Assembly: GCA_040877375.1 (NCBI GenBank)
Contig: JBBDNW010000231.1
Location: 1 to 58,177, forward strand
Length of the DNA: 58,177 nucleotides
DNA from: Pirellulales bacterium
Lineage (GTDB): Bacteria > Planctomycetota > Planctomycetia > Pirellulales > UBA1268
Direction: 5' to 3'
Part shown: one piece after another, positions 26,503 to 37,497 of the stretch
Layout: every line of letters begins with the position of its first letter
Position numbering within the stretch: the stretch's first letter is position 1
Notes under the pieces: generated by a model
What the model saw: only the letters and a program-made list of their open reading frames with translations
Told to the model about the DNA's origin: nothing
Database searches by the model: none
Program-made: the position numbers and the translations under genes

Positions 26503-27582
26503 ATGCCAGACCATCGTCACCGCGTGCTGCTCGTCGACGACCAGGCCATGATCGGCGAGGCGGTCCGGCGGCTGCTCGCCAGCGAGCCCGACATCGCGTT
26601 TGAGTTCTGCCGCAGCGCCGAGGCCGTGCTCTCGGTGGCGACCGCCTTCCTGCCCACAGTGATCCTCCAGGATCTCGTGATGCCGGGCGTTGATGGGCTC
26701 GACATGGTTCGGCGTTTTCGCGCGGATGCCGCGCTGGCTGAGGTGCCCGTGATCGTGCTCTCGGCCCGCGAGGAGCCCGTGATCAAAGCCCGGCTTCTCG
26801 ACGCGGGCGCCAGCGACTACCTCGTCAAACTCCCGGACCGGGTGGAACTGATCGCTCGGATCCGCGTGCATTCCGATGGCTACCAGCGGCTACTCGAGCG
26901 AAACGCCGCCTTTGCGGCCCTCGAACAGTCGCTCGCCGACCTGGAGCGGGAGCGGGAGAAGTCGGAGCGGCTCCTGCTCAGCATCCTGCCCGCGAAGATC
27001 GCGGAACGGCTCAAGGACGGCGAGGCGACAATCGCCGAGAGTTTCCCAGCCGTGACGGTGCTGTTCGCCGACCTCTGCGGCTTCACGGAGTTTTCCGAGA
27101 ACGTCGATCCGCAGCATGTCGTCGGGCTGCTCGACGAAATCTTCTCCACGTTTGACCACCTGGCCAACGCCTATGGCGTCGAGAAGATCAAGACCATTGG
27201 TGACGCCTACATGGCCGTCGCTGGGCTGCCGGTGCCGCGGCCAGACCACGCCGAGGCGATGGCGTTGATGGCGATCGGCATGCAGGAGGCCTTCCGCGGA
27301 GTGATCCGCAACCGCGGGCTCTCGCTGGAACTGCGGATTGGCATCAACTCGGGCCCGGTCACCGCCGGTGTCATCGGCCGGCAGAAGTTCGCCTACGACC
27401 TCTGGGGCGACACCGTGAACATCGCCAGCCGCATGGAATCGCAGGGTGAACCCTCGCGGATTCAGGTCTCGCCGGCCACTCGCGCGCTGCTCGACGGTAG
27501 CTTCCGTTTCGCCAACCGCGGCGAGGTGCCCATCAAGGGCCGCGGCAGCCTTCTCACCTCCTATCTCCTCGGTCGCGTCTGA
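26503..27582 (+). CDS. Response-regulator receiver domain fused to a class III adenylate/guanylate cyclase
   Basis: Track ORF 26395..27582, with the start at MPDHRHRVLLVDDQ (ATG 26503). REC: VLLVDD...ILQDLVMPGVDG. Cyclase: VTVLFADLCGFTEF...KTIGDAYMAVAGLP...GINSGPVTAGVIG...YDLWGDTVNIASRME. Confidence 0.9.
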   Translation: MPDHRHRVLLVDDQAMIGEAVRRLLASEPDIAFEFCRSAEAVLSVATAFLPTVILQDLVMPGVDGLDMVRRFRADAALAEVPVIVLSAREEPVIKARLLDAGASDYLVKLPDRVELIARIRVHSDGYQRLLERNAAFAALEQSLADLEREREKSERLLLSILPAKIAERLKDGEATIAESFPAVTVLFADLCGFTEFSENVDPQHVVGLLDEIFSTFDHLANAYGVEKIKTIGDAYMAVAGLPVPRPDHAEAMALMAIGMQEAFRGVIRNRGLSLELRIGINSGPVTAGVIGRQKFAYDLWGDTVNIASRMESQGEPSRIQVSPATRALLDGSFRFANRGEVPIKGRGSLLTSYLLGRV

Positions 27583-27585
27583 CGC

Positions 27586-27856
27586 TTCAAGCACATCTGC
27601 CTTTGGTGGAGCGGCAAGATGGCACCTTGGCGGACATAGGCAAGGGGGTCGGCGAACGCTCTTCGGAGCCTCGGGCGTACCCTCGCCCCGGCGACGAGAC
27701 TTTTGCCGCCCCCGAGCCGGCGATCCACGTAGGTTGGATGCGCGCTCTCGAGCGGTGTGGAGCGGGGCGGGGTGGTGGGCGTATTCCCCGCGCTTGCGCT
27801 TGGGGCTTCCTGACGGGAGGCAAGGGGGCCGGCAATCCACGGAAGTCGAATGCGAT
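27586..27856 (+). repeat. Intergenic repeat family: modules A + B + C + D + C-tail
   Basis: 'acatctgcctttggtggagcggcaagatggcacc...ggtcggcgaacgctcttcggagcc...gacgagacttttgccgcccccgagccggcgatccacgtaggttggatgcg...attccccgcgcttgcgcttggggcttcctgacgggagg...aatccacggaagtcgaatgcgatc'. Confidence 0.85.
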
Positions 27857-28951
27857 CTAGTGCCAGCGCCTGAGCCAGCCACGCCGCCAGAAAAATATCA
27901 ACATGCCGATCGTCGTGGCCGTCATAAGGGCGACTGCCACGGGGCCGCCGTAGCGGAAGTTGAGCAGCGGCATGTTCCACGGCGACTCGGTGTTGAAGTT
28001 CATGCCGTAGTAGCCCGTGATGAAGGTCAGCGGCATGAAGACCGTGGCGATCACTGTCAGCACCTTCATGACGTCGTTCATTCGGTTGTTGATGCTCGCT
28101 AGGTAGATGTCGCGGAGATCGCTGCCAATCTCACGGTAGCCCTCAGTGAGGTCGAGCAGTTCCATGGTGTGATCGTAGGTGTCACGGAAGTGCTGCCGCG
28201 CATGCTCGCCTACAAACGAGGTCGGCTCGCGGCCGAGCGCGTGAAGCACGTCGCGGGTCGGCCAGAGGGAGCGACGAAGCGTCATGAGGTCGTTCCGCAC
28301 GTCGTGGATCCGGCCGAGGAGTTCGCGGGATGGGCTGTCGAGCGCCTCCTCCTCGATCGTCTCCAGCCGATCGCCAAATCGTTCGAGTACCGGGAAGTAG
28401 CCATCGATGACGGCGTCGAGCAGGAGGGCACAGAGATGGTCGGCACCGAGGTCGCCCAGCCGCGTCCGCCCGTGACGAATCCGGTCGCGGACCCCCTGAA
28501 ACCCATCGGGGACGGTCCGGTCGTGAAACGTGATCACGTAGCGGTCGCCGAGAAAGATCGCCATCGGGTCGGTCACGATCGTGTCGCCCTCAAACCGGGC
28601 CACCCGCACGGCGATCAGCACCTGATGGCCGAATACCTCGACCTTCGGCCGCTCGTCGGGCGTGATTGCGTCCTCGAGGGCGAGGTCGCTGATTTCAAAC
28701 ACCTGGCCGATCATGCGAATCGTCGCGAGGTCGTCGAACCCGTCCACGTCGAGCCAGATCACCGGCCACTTCTCGCGGGCTACAGTCAGTTCTTCGGACC
28801 GCAGCACCGTGGCCTCGTGCGTCGTCGTGCCGTCGCAGGCGATCATCCGCAGCACGGTCGAGCCGCCCGTAGTTGGATCGGCAGCCGTGATCGCAGCAGC
28901 CAGATCGGGATGCCGGAGCCGGCGGCGGCGACGTTGCCTGCGGGATGCCAC
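27857..28951 (-). CDS. corA: Magnesium/cobalt transporter CorA
   Basis: The C-terminus has two TM helices and the YGMNF signature (FITGYYGMNF). Confidence 0.9.
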   Translation of the reverse strand: MASRRQRRRRRLRHPDLAAAITAADPTTGGSTVLRMIACDGTTTHEATVLRSEELTVAREKWPVIWLDVDGFDDLATIRMIGQVFEISDLALEDAITPDERPKVEVFGHQVLIAVRVARFEGDTIVTDPMAIFLGDRYVITFHDRTVPDGFQGVRDRIRHGRTRLGDLGADHLCALLLDAVIDGYFPVLERFGDRLETIEEEALDSPSRELLGRIHDVRNDLMTLRRSLWPTRDVLHALGREPTSFVGEHARQHFRDTYDHTMELLDLTEGYREIGSDLRDIYLASINNRMNDVMKVLTVIATVFMPLTFITGYYGMNFNTESPWNMPLLNFRYGGPVAVALMTATTIGMLIFFWRRGWLRRWH

Positions 28952-29086
28952 GGGAGAAACTCCTTATTCGGCCCGGGAGAGCGACGGCCAAAACCATACC
29001 GTTCCAGCCGCTGTCGGGTCGACCCGCGGCCGGGATGTCCGTCAGATCCCGTGCACGTCGACGCGGAGATAGGGTATTCTCGACCC

Positions 29087-29311
29087 ATGCACGATGACGC
29101 CCGCGTTTCCTCGGTCGGCGAAGCGATGGTGTGGGTTTCTCGCATCATCGCGATCGGCCTGATGATGTTCCTGCCCGGCGTCGGGGGGGGCTGGCTCGAC
29201 GCCCGACTCGGGACGTCGTTCCTCGGGCCGCTGGGGTTCACCGCGGGCCTCGGACTCTCGATCCTCGCGCTGGTCCGACTGCAGAACAGGAACCGGCGGC
29301 CAAGCCCGTGA
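29087..29311 (+). CDS. atpZ: AtpZ/AtpR-type small membrane protein preceding the F1Fo operon
   Basis: This is the C-terminal 74 aa of track ORF 28169..29311, with the start at MHDDARV (ATG 29087). VWVSRIIAIGLMMFLPGVGGGWLDARLGTSFLGPLGFTAGLGLSILALV matches the two-TM 'ATPase_gene1' pattern as I recall it. Confidence 0.6.
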   Translation: MHDDARVSSVGEAMVWVSRIIAIGLMMFLPGVGGGWLDARLGTSFLGPLGFTAGLGLSILALVRLQNRNRRPSP

Positions 29312-29709
29312 CCGAAAACCGTCACTCCCGAGACGGATCACCGGCATGGAGTCTTGTCATCACGGCGGCCATTCTTGTTATCGCCTCGGCGATCGCCTTC
29401 GGCTGCGGTTGGACCTCCCCCGACCGCCTGCGGGCCATCGCGTTCGCGGCCACGGTGTGTTTCACGGGGGCGTGTGGCGCATGGTTGGTCGGCTTCTGGC
29501 CGGCGGCAACGCCCTCGGCGCGAGTGACCGCCAGCCTCGGGACGGTCGCACTGCGGATTTTTCCAGCACTGTTCGCGCTCGGCTGGCTGCAGGTGGCGGG
29601 GGCCGACCTGCGGGCCGCCGGGGCAGGGGAACTTCTCGTGGTTTTTTACCTCGCGGCCCTTGCGGCCGATGTGATCCGAACGATCATACACCGTGACCAA
29701 GCGGGCTGA
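29308..29709 (+). CDS. atpI: ATP synthase protein I-like membrane protein
   Basis: This is the hydrophobic C-terminal part of track ORF 29131..29709. I chose the GTG at 29308, which overlaps the atpZ stop (GTGA). The assignment rests on position and composition only. Confidence 0.45.
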   Translation: MTENRHSRDGSPAWSLVITAAILVIASAIAFGCGWTSPDRLRAIAFAATVCFTGACGAWLVGFWPAATPSARVTASLGTVALRIFPALFALGWLQVAGADLRAAGAGELLVVFYLAALAADVIRTIIHRDQAG

Positions 29710-29824
29710 AGGCCCGACAACTCCACTCTGATTTGACGACGCGGGGGCCGATGCCGCACACTCTGCTCCTCGCACCCGTTCACGGTCGATGCCCAGAGTC
29801 CGTCAGGCAGGAAATCAGTCCGCA

Positions 29825-30889
29825 ATGTCTGATCACAATCCGATCTATCACCTCAAGGACGCCTATTTCTTCGAGGTTCCCAAGGCGTTCTGGCGTCATG
29901 ACTGGAAGACGCTCGACGACGTCCCGCAGTTCCTCCGCGACGGTCGGCCCGACGTCACCGACGTGGCTGAGTTTACCCACGCGATGGACGGGAAGATCCT
30001 GATCCCTCAGCCCTTCGCAACGCTCGACAGCCTGTACGAGAAGAAGACGGGCTTCGCGATCTCGAAGTACATGATCCTCGAGGTCTTGCTCGCGGCCATT
30101 CTCCTGCTGCTGTTCACGCGGCTTGCGAGACGACTGCGGACCGGGGCGGCTCCGCAAGGCGCATTCACCAACCTCTTCGAGGCGATGATCCTGTTCGTCA
30201 GGGATCAGATCGCGAGGCCGGCCATCGACAGCCATGACCATGGTCACGAAGACCACGGCGCCCATGGCCACAGCCATGACAGCCACGACGGTCACGCTAC
30301 CCCGGCACTCGCCGGTGCCGGCGGTCCAGCGATGACGGCCCACCACGCGGCCGCGCATGAGGGCGACCGGTTCGTGCCGCTGTTGCTCACGCTCTTCTTC
30401 TTCGTCCTGGGCTGCAATCTTCTGGGGATGGTGCCCTGGGCCGGTTCGCCCACGGCGTCGTTTTCTGTAACCCTCGCGCTGGCAGGCGTGACGATGCTGA
30501 CCGTCGTTGTCGCTGGGATGCTGAAGTTTGGCTTTCTTGGGTTTTTCGCCAACCAGGTGCCTTCGATGGACCTGCCGTTGCCGCTGGCAATCCTGCTCAA
30601 GCCGATGATTTTCGCGATCGAGATGCTCGGCCTGTGCATCAAACACTTGATTCTGGCGGTGCGGCTCTTGGCCAACATGGTGGCCGGCCACCTGGTGCTC
30701 CTCGGCATCATGGGGTTGATTTCGGCTGCCGCGACGTATTCGACGGGGATGTGGGCCACGGTCACGGGGATCAGCGTGGTGAGCTGCACGCTGTTTAGCA
30801 TTCTCGAACTCTTCGTGGCGTTTCTGCAGGCCTACATTTTCACGTTCCTGTCTGCCCTGTTCATTGGCGCCTCGGTCCACCAGCACTGA
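29825..30889 (+). CDS. atpB: F0F1 ATP synthase subunit a, with a long N-terminal extension and a His-rich insert
   Basis: Track ORF 29789..30889, with the start at MSDHNPIY (ATG 29825). The conserved C-terminus is HLILAVRLLANMVAGHLVL (essential Arg) ...FLQAYIFTFLSALFIG. The His-rich segment is DSHDHGHEDHGAHGHSHDSHDGH (about 30227-30295). Confidence 0.9.
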   Translation: MSDHNPIYHLKDAYFFEVPKAFWRHDWKTLDDVPQFLRDGRPDVTDVAEFTHAMDGKILIPQPFATLDSLYEKKTGFAISKYMILEVLLAAILLLLFTRLARRLRTGAAPQGAFTNLFEAMILFVRDQIARPAIDSHDHGHEDHGAHGHSHDSHDGHATPALAGAGGPAMTAHHAAAHEGDRFVPLLLTLFFFVLGCNLLGMVPWAGSPTASFSVTLALAGVTMLTVVVAGMLKFGFLGFFANQVPSMDLPLPLAILLKPMIFAIEMLGLCIKHLILAVRLLANMVAGHLVLLGIMGLISAAATYSTGMWATVTGISVVSCTLFSILELFVAFLQAYIFTFLSALFIGASVHQH

Positions 30890-30894
30890 CCATC

Positions 30895-30914
30895 CGGCCG
30901 GCACGTGCCGGCCG
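30895..30914. other. 20-bp perfect palindrome just after the atpB stop
   Basis: 'cggccggcac|gtgccggccg'. Confidence 0.5.
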
Positions 30915-31110
30915 TGACTCGAAAAACAGCGACGTGGAGAAACCGCCCTTCAAAGTTGCACGGAAATCCCTAGAACATGGGCTCCGGGGCAGCTTGGACG
31001 ACACACCTTCCCCGCACCGCACAGATGACCTGTCCGTTCTTTGTTACCAACTTCATCCCGCGCCGGACATCCGTCCGGTCCCCCCGTTTTGCAAGGAGCT
31101 TGATCCCGTG

Positions 31111-31431
31111 ATGATCCGATCCATGTTCTCGACCCGCACGCTCACCGCCATCGCCACCGTCGTGGCAACCTTCTTCTGTGCCGATATGGCCAGCGCCCAG
31201 GAAGCAGTCGCGGCCGGCCGCTCGCTCATCGACCTCACCTCCGCGTTCAGCGTCGGGCTCGTGGTTATCGGCGCCGCCTACGGCATTAGCAAACTCGCCT
31301 CGGCCGCCTACGAAGGCATGTCGCGACAGCCCGAGGTTGCCGGCAGCATTCAGACGGCGATGATCATCGCTGCGGCTCTCATCGAAGGCTTTACCTTCTA
31401 CGCGCTGTTCATCTGCTCGCAGAAGGCCTGA
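31111..31431 (+). CDS. atpE: F0F1 ATP synthase subunit c, with a signal-peptide-like N-terminal extension
   Basis: Track ORF 30934..31431, with the start at MIRSMFST (ATG 31111). The hairpin core is GLVVIGAAYGISKLASAAYEGMSRQPEVAGSIQTAMIIAAALIEGFTFYAL (loop RQPE, carboxylate E). It is preceded by TLTAIATVVATFFCADMASAQE. Confidence 0.9.
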   Translation: MIRSMFSTRTLTAIATVVATFFCADMASAQEAVAAGRSLIDLTSAFSVGLVVIGAAYGISKLASAAYEGMSRQPEVAGSIQTAMIIAAALIEGFTFYALFICSQKA

Positions 31432-31485
31432 CACCTCCCGCGGACCGCCTGCCTGACTCGGGCATGTCGCCGGGAAACCATCCGT

Positions 31486-31522
31486 GAGACGGGGGCAGGG
31501 AACCATGTTCCTGCCCCGTCTC
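31486..31522 (+). other. Strong imperfect stem-loop between atpE and atpF (intra-operon processing/stability or attenuator candidate)
   Basis: 'gagacgggggcagggaac catg ttcctgccccgtctc'. No U-tract follows. Confidence 0.5.
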
Positions 31523-31612
31523 CGCGGGCTGGGTTCCCGGGCCTAGGCATGGCTCGGACCAGGAACCAGACCGACCGTGCCAACCTCTTTCCGTGAGCGG
31601 AACCCACTTGTG

Positions 31613-32359
31613 ATGAATTGCATCTTCTCCACCATCGCTGGCCCACGCCGCGTTGCGATCGCGACCTCAGTTGCGTTCATGGCCTGCCTGATCGCCGCCG
31701 TTGCCGTCGGCCCCCTGGCCTGCTGTGACGCGGCCAGTGCGGCCGCCCACGCCAGCGACGGTCATGCTGGGCATGCTAATCATGCTGATCATGGCCAAGG
31801 TCATGCTCCGGAGATCGGCCACAACCCTCCCGCCGGCGTCAGCCAGAAAGACTTTGAGAGTCCGGCGTGGTTCCAGACCGATCTTGCGGTCTGGTCGTTC
31901 GCGGTGTTTCTGGCACTGCTCGCCCTGCTGACCAAGTTTGCCTGGAAGCCGATCATGGGGGGCCTCGAAAAGCGGGAGCAGGGAATCGCCCGGCAGATCG
32001 CCGACACCAAGGCCGCCAACGCCGAGGCCCGTCACCTCCTGGCTTCCTACGAGCGGCGGCTCGCCGAGGCCTCCGACGAGGTCCGCGGAATGCTGGAGGA
32101 GGCCCGTCGCGACGCCGATAGCACGCGGCAGTCGATCGTGGCCGAGGCCCGAAAGGCGTCCGAGGAGGAGCGGGCCCGGGCCAAGCACGAGATTCAACTC
32201 GCCAAAAACGACGCGCTCTCGCAGATCGCCGAAAAGGCCGGGCAACTCGCGGTCGAGGTCGCCGGCAAGTTTCTTCGCGAGAAACTCGGCAAGGATGACC
32301 AGACGCGGCTTGTCCGCGACTCGGTCGCCGGCATGTCGAGTCGGCCGAGCGTCAACTGA
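31613..32359 (+). CDS. atpF: F0F1 ATP synthase subunit b, with an N-terminal extension containing a His-rich tract
   Basis: Track ORF 31577..32359, with the start at MNCIFSTIAG (ATG 31613). The b-type core is FAVFLALLALLTKFAWKPIMGGLEKREQGIARQI followed by a long coiled coil. The His tract is HASDGHAGHANHADHGQGHAPEIGHN. Confidence 0.85.
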   Translation: MNCIFSTIAGPRRVAIATSVAFMACLIAAVAVGPLACCDAASAAAHASDGHAGHANHADHGQGHAPEIGHNPPAGVSQKDFESPAWFQTDLAVWSFAVFLALLALLTKFAWKPIMGGLEKREQGIARQIADTKAANAEARHLLASYERRLAEASDEVRGMLEEARRDADSTRQSIVAEARKASEEERARAKHEIQLAKNDALSQIAEKAGQLAVEVAGKFLREKLGKDDQTRLVRDSVAGMSSRPSVN

Positions 32360-32373
32360 CCGCAGGAACAAGT

Positions 32374-33015
32374 GTGGCCCAATCCATGAGCACGACGCAC
32401 AGCACGAAGGCAGACACAGGACACGTCGACATCGGCGTCGACCGGGTCGCCAAGGTCTACGCTCAGGCGATCGTCGAGGCAGCCGATGCGGCCGGCTGCC
32501 GACGCGAGGTGCTCGGTGAGCTCGGCTCGCTGGCCCGCGAGGTGCTGCCCAAGGTGCCGGAGGCGGTGGCCGTGTTTGCGTCGCCCAAGGTTCCGGCCGA
32601 CGAAAAGGCGGCGATGATCGACCGGATGGCGAAGGGCCGCCTGCGGCCCACGACCGTCCACTCGCTCCACGTGCTCGCTCGCCACGGCCGCCTCGGCATC
32701 CTCGCCGCCGTCGTGACCGCCGCGGAACGTCTCGCCGACGAACTCGACGGCCGCCATCAGGCCACGTTTACAACCGCCGTGCCACTCGACGCAGCCGAAC
32801 AGGCTCGCATCGTCTCGGATGTCGAGAAAACGATGAATGTCTCACTCACGCCGGCCTTCGTCGTCGACCCAGGCATCATCGGCGGTCTCGTCGTCCGCAT
32901 CGGCGACACCATCTACGACCAGTCGGTCGCCACGAGCCTTGCGCGGCTTGGCGGTCGTCTCCGCCAGCGAAACATCAACGCCATTCAAACCGGGGAATAC
33001 TCATGGCAAACCTGA
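32374..33015 (+). CDS. atpH: F0F1 ATP synthase subunit delta (OSCP)
   Basis: Assigned from its position between b and alpha, plus [13 protein letters not shown]... and the C-terminal [16 protein letters not shown] motif. The start may be GTG 32374 or ATG 32386. Confidence 0.85.
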   Translation: MAQSMSTTHSTKADTGHVDIGVDRVAKVYAQAIVEAADAAGCRREVLGELGSLAREVLPKVPEAVAVFASPKVPADEKAAMIDRMAKGRLRPTTVHSLHVLARHGRLGILAAVVTAAERLADELDGRHQATFTTAVPLDAAEQARIVSDVEKTMNVSLTPAFVVDPGIIGGLVVRIGDTIYDQSVATSLARLGGRLRQRNINAIQTGEYSWQT

Positions 33016-34550
33016 CCGACGAAATCGCATCAGTCCTCCGCGAGGAAATTGTCCGCTACCAATCGGGCATCGACGTCCGCGAGGTCGGCCGTGTCCTCGA
33101 AGTGGGCGACGGCATCGCCCGCGTCTGGGGCCTCTCCGGCGTGATGGCCGGCGAAATGGTTGAGTTTCCCGGTGGCATCACCGGCCTCGCATTCAACCTC
33201 GAGGAAAACTCGGTCGGCGTGATCATTCTCGGCGACTACCTCAAGGTGACCGAGGGTGACGAGGTGAAGAGCACGGGCCGCCTGCTCTCTGTCCCCGTGG
33301 GCGACGCGGTGATCGGTCGCGTGCTCGATCCGCTTGGTAATCCACTCGACGGCAAGGGGCCGGTGGTCACCGAACACCGGCGGCCGGTCGAAACGCTCGC
33401 CCCCGGGATCGCCGAACGGCAGCCGGTTCGCGAGCCGCTGCAGACCGGCATCAAGGCCATCGATGCCATGACGCCGATCGGCCGCGGTCAGCGCGAGTTG
33501 ATCATCGGCGACCGCAAGACCGGCAAGACCGCGATTGGCATCGACGCGATCATCAATCAGAAAAATAGCGGCGTGAAGTGTTTCTACGTGGCGGTTGGCC
33601 AGAAAGACTCGTCGGTCGCCGTGGTGATCGACACGCTCCGCAAGTACGGGGCGATGGATTACACGACGGTGATCATCTCCGGTGCCAGCACGGCCGCACC
33701 GCTCCAGTACATCGCTCCCTACTCGGGCACGGCGATGGCCGAGTACTTTATGTACAACGGCCAGCACGCCCTGATCGTGTATGACGATCTCTCGAAGCAG
33801 GCCACCGCCTACCGGCAACTCTCGCTGCTGATGCGGCGGCCGCCGGGACGCGAGGCCTACCCGGGCGACGTCTTCTATGCACACAGCCGACTGCTCGAAC
33901 GGTCGGCCAAGCTTTCCGCGGAGAAGGGGGGCGGCTCGCTCACCTCGCTGCCGATCATCGAGACGCTCGAAGGCGAAGTCTCGGCCTATATTCCCACCAA
34001 CGTGATCTCGATCACCGACGGCCAGATCTACCTCCAGCCCGACCTCTTCTTCGCCGGCCAGCGGCCCGCCATGAACGCGGGCATCTCGGTGTCGCGCGTG
34101 GGCGGTGCCGCCCAGACCAAGGCGATGAAGAAGGTGTCGGGCGGTCTCCGCCTCGACCTGGCCAGTTTTCGTGAACTCGAGGCCTTCGCCCAACTCGGCA
34201 CCGATCTCGACGCCGCCACGCAGCAGCGACTCGATCGCGGCTACCGGATGGTGGAACTGCTCAAGCAGGGCCAGTTCGCCCCCATGGACGCAGTCGATCA
34301 GGTGCTCTCCATCTACGCCGGCACCCGCGGCCACCTCGACGAGGTCAAGCGAGACGAAGTGGCCGACTGGGAGAAGGGCTTCCTGACGTTCGTCCGCGAC
34401 CAAGTGCCGGAGCTTCGCAGCCGGATCGAGACCTCGAAGGAACTCGACGGCGAGAGCGAGCGACAGTTGGAAGCGGCGATCGCAGAGTTCAAGCGGCAGC
34501 GGGCCGCAAAGTCGGGCGTCGAGGCCCGCCAAGTGGCGGGAGCGCGGTAA
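33003..34550 (+). CDS. atpA: F0F1 ATP synthase subunit alpha
   Basis: Motifs: [10 protein letters not shown] (P-loop), [33 protein letters not shown]. Confidence 0.97.
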   Translation: MANLTDEIASVLREEIVRYQSGIDVREVGRVLEVGDGIARVWGLSGVMAGEMVEFPGGITGLAFNLEENSVGVIILGDYLKVTEGDEVKSTGRLLSVPVGDAVIGRVLDPLGNPLDGKGPVVTEHRRPVETLAPGIAERQPVREPLQTGIKAIDAMTPIGRGQRELIIGDRKTGKTAIGIDAIINQKNSGVKCFYVAVGQKDSSVAVVIDTLRKYGAMDYTTVIISGASTAAPLQYIAPYSGTAMAEYFMYNGQHALIVYDDLSKQATAYRQLSLLMRRPPGREAYPGDVFYAHSRLLERSAKLSAEKGGGSLTSLPIIETLEGEVSAYIPTNVISITDGQIYLQPDLFFAGQRPAMNAGISVSRVGGAAQTKAMKKVSGGLRLDLASFRELEAFAQLGTDLDAATQQRLDRGYRMVELLKQGQFAPMDAVDQVLSIYAGTRGHLDEVKRDEVADWEKGFLTFVRDQVPELRSRIETSKELDGESERQLEAAIAEFKRQRAAKSGVEARQVAGAR

Positions 34551-34597
34551 GTACCCTCCGAACAGCGGCAACCGCCGCATGCTGAAGGTCGCACACG

Positions 34598-35479
34598 ATG
34601 GCAAAAGCCAGGGCACTCGATCGTCGCCGGAAGTCCGTCAGGAACATCCGGAAGATCACGCGCACGATGGAGTTGATCGCCACCGCGCGGTTCAAGAAGG
34701 CGATGGATCGCTCAGTCGCGGCCCGCGACTACACCAAGCACCTCGCGAAGATCCTCGAGAACATCGCGAGCGTGGGGGCCGACGTTGCCCACCCGCTGCT
34801 GGAGAGCCGGCCGACCAAGCGGACCGCAGTGCTCGTGCTCACCGGCAATCGCGGCCTCTGCGGCGGCTACAACTCCAACATCGTCCGCCAGTCCGTCGCC
34901 CTGCTCGGGCAGTGGAAGAGCGAACAGGTGCCGTCGCACGTGGCCGTATCGGGCAAGCGGGGCATCTCGGCCCTCCGGTTCCGTGGCATCGACATCGCCG
35001 AGCGGTACACCGCCTTCGAAGATAAACCGGAGTTTGCCGCGGTGGCTCCGATTGGAAAAGCCTACCTGGAGGCCTTTTCATCCGGTGCGATCGATCGGCT
35101 CGACGTGGTCTACACCAGGTTTCACTCGATCGCGAAGCAGCAGGCGATCACCGAAACACTTCTGCCGCTGGCCCCGCCGCAGACGTCAGCGAGCGAACGA
35201 CAAGGGAAGCTCGCCTCTGACGAGTATCAGTTCCACCCGTCGGCCTCGAGCATCCTCGAGGAGATCCTGCCGGCAAGCTTTCTGTCACGGCTCTTCAAGT
35301 GTTTCCTCGACGCGGCCGTGAGCGAGCAGGTGGCCCGGATGGTGGCGATGAAGGCGGCCACGGAGAATGCCGGCAGCCTGATCAAGAGTCTCTCGCGGCA
35401 ATACAACCGCGCCCGACAGTCGCAGATTACGGGCGAGATCATGGAGATTCTCGGCGGCGTCGAGGCCCTTAAAAAGTAA
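34598..35479 (+). CDS. atpG: F0F1 ATP synthase subunit gamma
   Basis: MAKARALDRRRKSVRNIRKITRTMELIATARF...ITGEIMEILGGVEAL. Confidence 0.95.
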   Translation: MAKARALDRRRKSVRNIRKITRTMELIATARFKKAMDRSVAARDYTKHLAKILENIASVGADVAHPLLESRPTKRTAVLVLTGNRGLCGGYNSNIVRQSVALLGQWKSEQVPSHVAVSGKRGISALRFRGIDIAERYTAFEDKPEFAAVAPIGKAYLEAFSSGAIDRLDVVYTRFHSIAKQQAITETLLPLAPPQTSASERQGKLASDEYQFHPSASSILEEILPASFLSRLFKCFLDAAVSEQVARMVAMKAATENAGSLIKSLSRQYNRARQSQITGEIMEILGGVEALKK

Positions 35480-36997
<1,518 letters not shown>

Positions 36998-37035
36998 CCG
37001 CTGTCCCCTTTCACCGCTGACGGAACCCCACGACC

Positions 37036-37467
37036 ATGGCCGAAACGAAGCAGACCGGTGCGATCCGCTGCGTGATCGTCACGCCCGAGCAGACGAGCCT
37101 CGACACGCAGGCCCGTTCGGTCGGCCTGCCGCTCTACGACGGGCGGCGGGGCGTGGGCCGCGGCCATTCGCCCTTCATAGGACGGCTGGCCGCCGGCGAG
37201 GTGCGGATCGTGGGCGAGCAGGGGGGGCCGGCCGACGCGGTTCGCCGTCTGTTCGTAGAGGGTGGTTTTGTGGAAGTGGCCCACGATTCCGTGACCGTCA
37301 TCACGCAGCGGGCTGTGCCCGCCGAGAAAATCGAGGCCAGCGCGGCTCGGGCCGACCTCGAAAAGATCTCCCGCGCTCGGGCCAGCGGTGACGAGGCCAT
37401 CGACGCGAAACTGCGGGCCGAGGACGCAGCCCGCGCCCTCCTGCGGACCGCCACTCGCGGTGGCTGA
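37036..37467 (+). CDS. atpC: F0F1 ATP synthase subunit epsilon
   Basis: Assigned from its position after beta. IRCVIVTPEQTSLD...GEVRIV...FVEGGFVEV shows the typical beta-sandwich plus helical tail. Confidence 0.9.
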   Translation: MAETKQTGAIRCVIVTPEQTSLDTQARSVGLPLYDGRRGVGRGHSPFIGRLAAGEVRIVGEQGGPADAVRRLFVEGGFVEVAHDSVTVITQRAVPAEKIEASAARADLEKISRARASGDEAIDAKLRAEDAARALLRTATRGG

Positions 37468-37497
37468 GTGTCGCAGGGCATGAGGCGGTGCCTCCCG

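Noticed and set aside
28952-29086. A sigma-70 promoter for the atp operon in the corA/atpZ divergent region ('tagggtattct' just upstream of the atpZ ATG).
   Set aside because: A -10-like hexamer is present, but no acceptable -35 lies at a 16-18-nt spacing. The hexamer is only about 8 nt from the ATG. That is too weak to call without TSS data.
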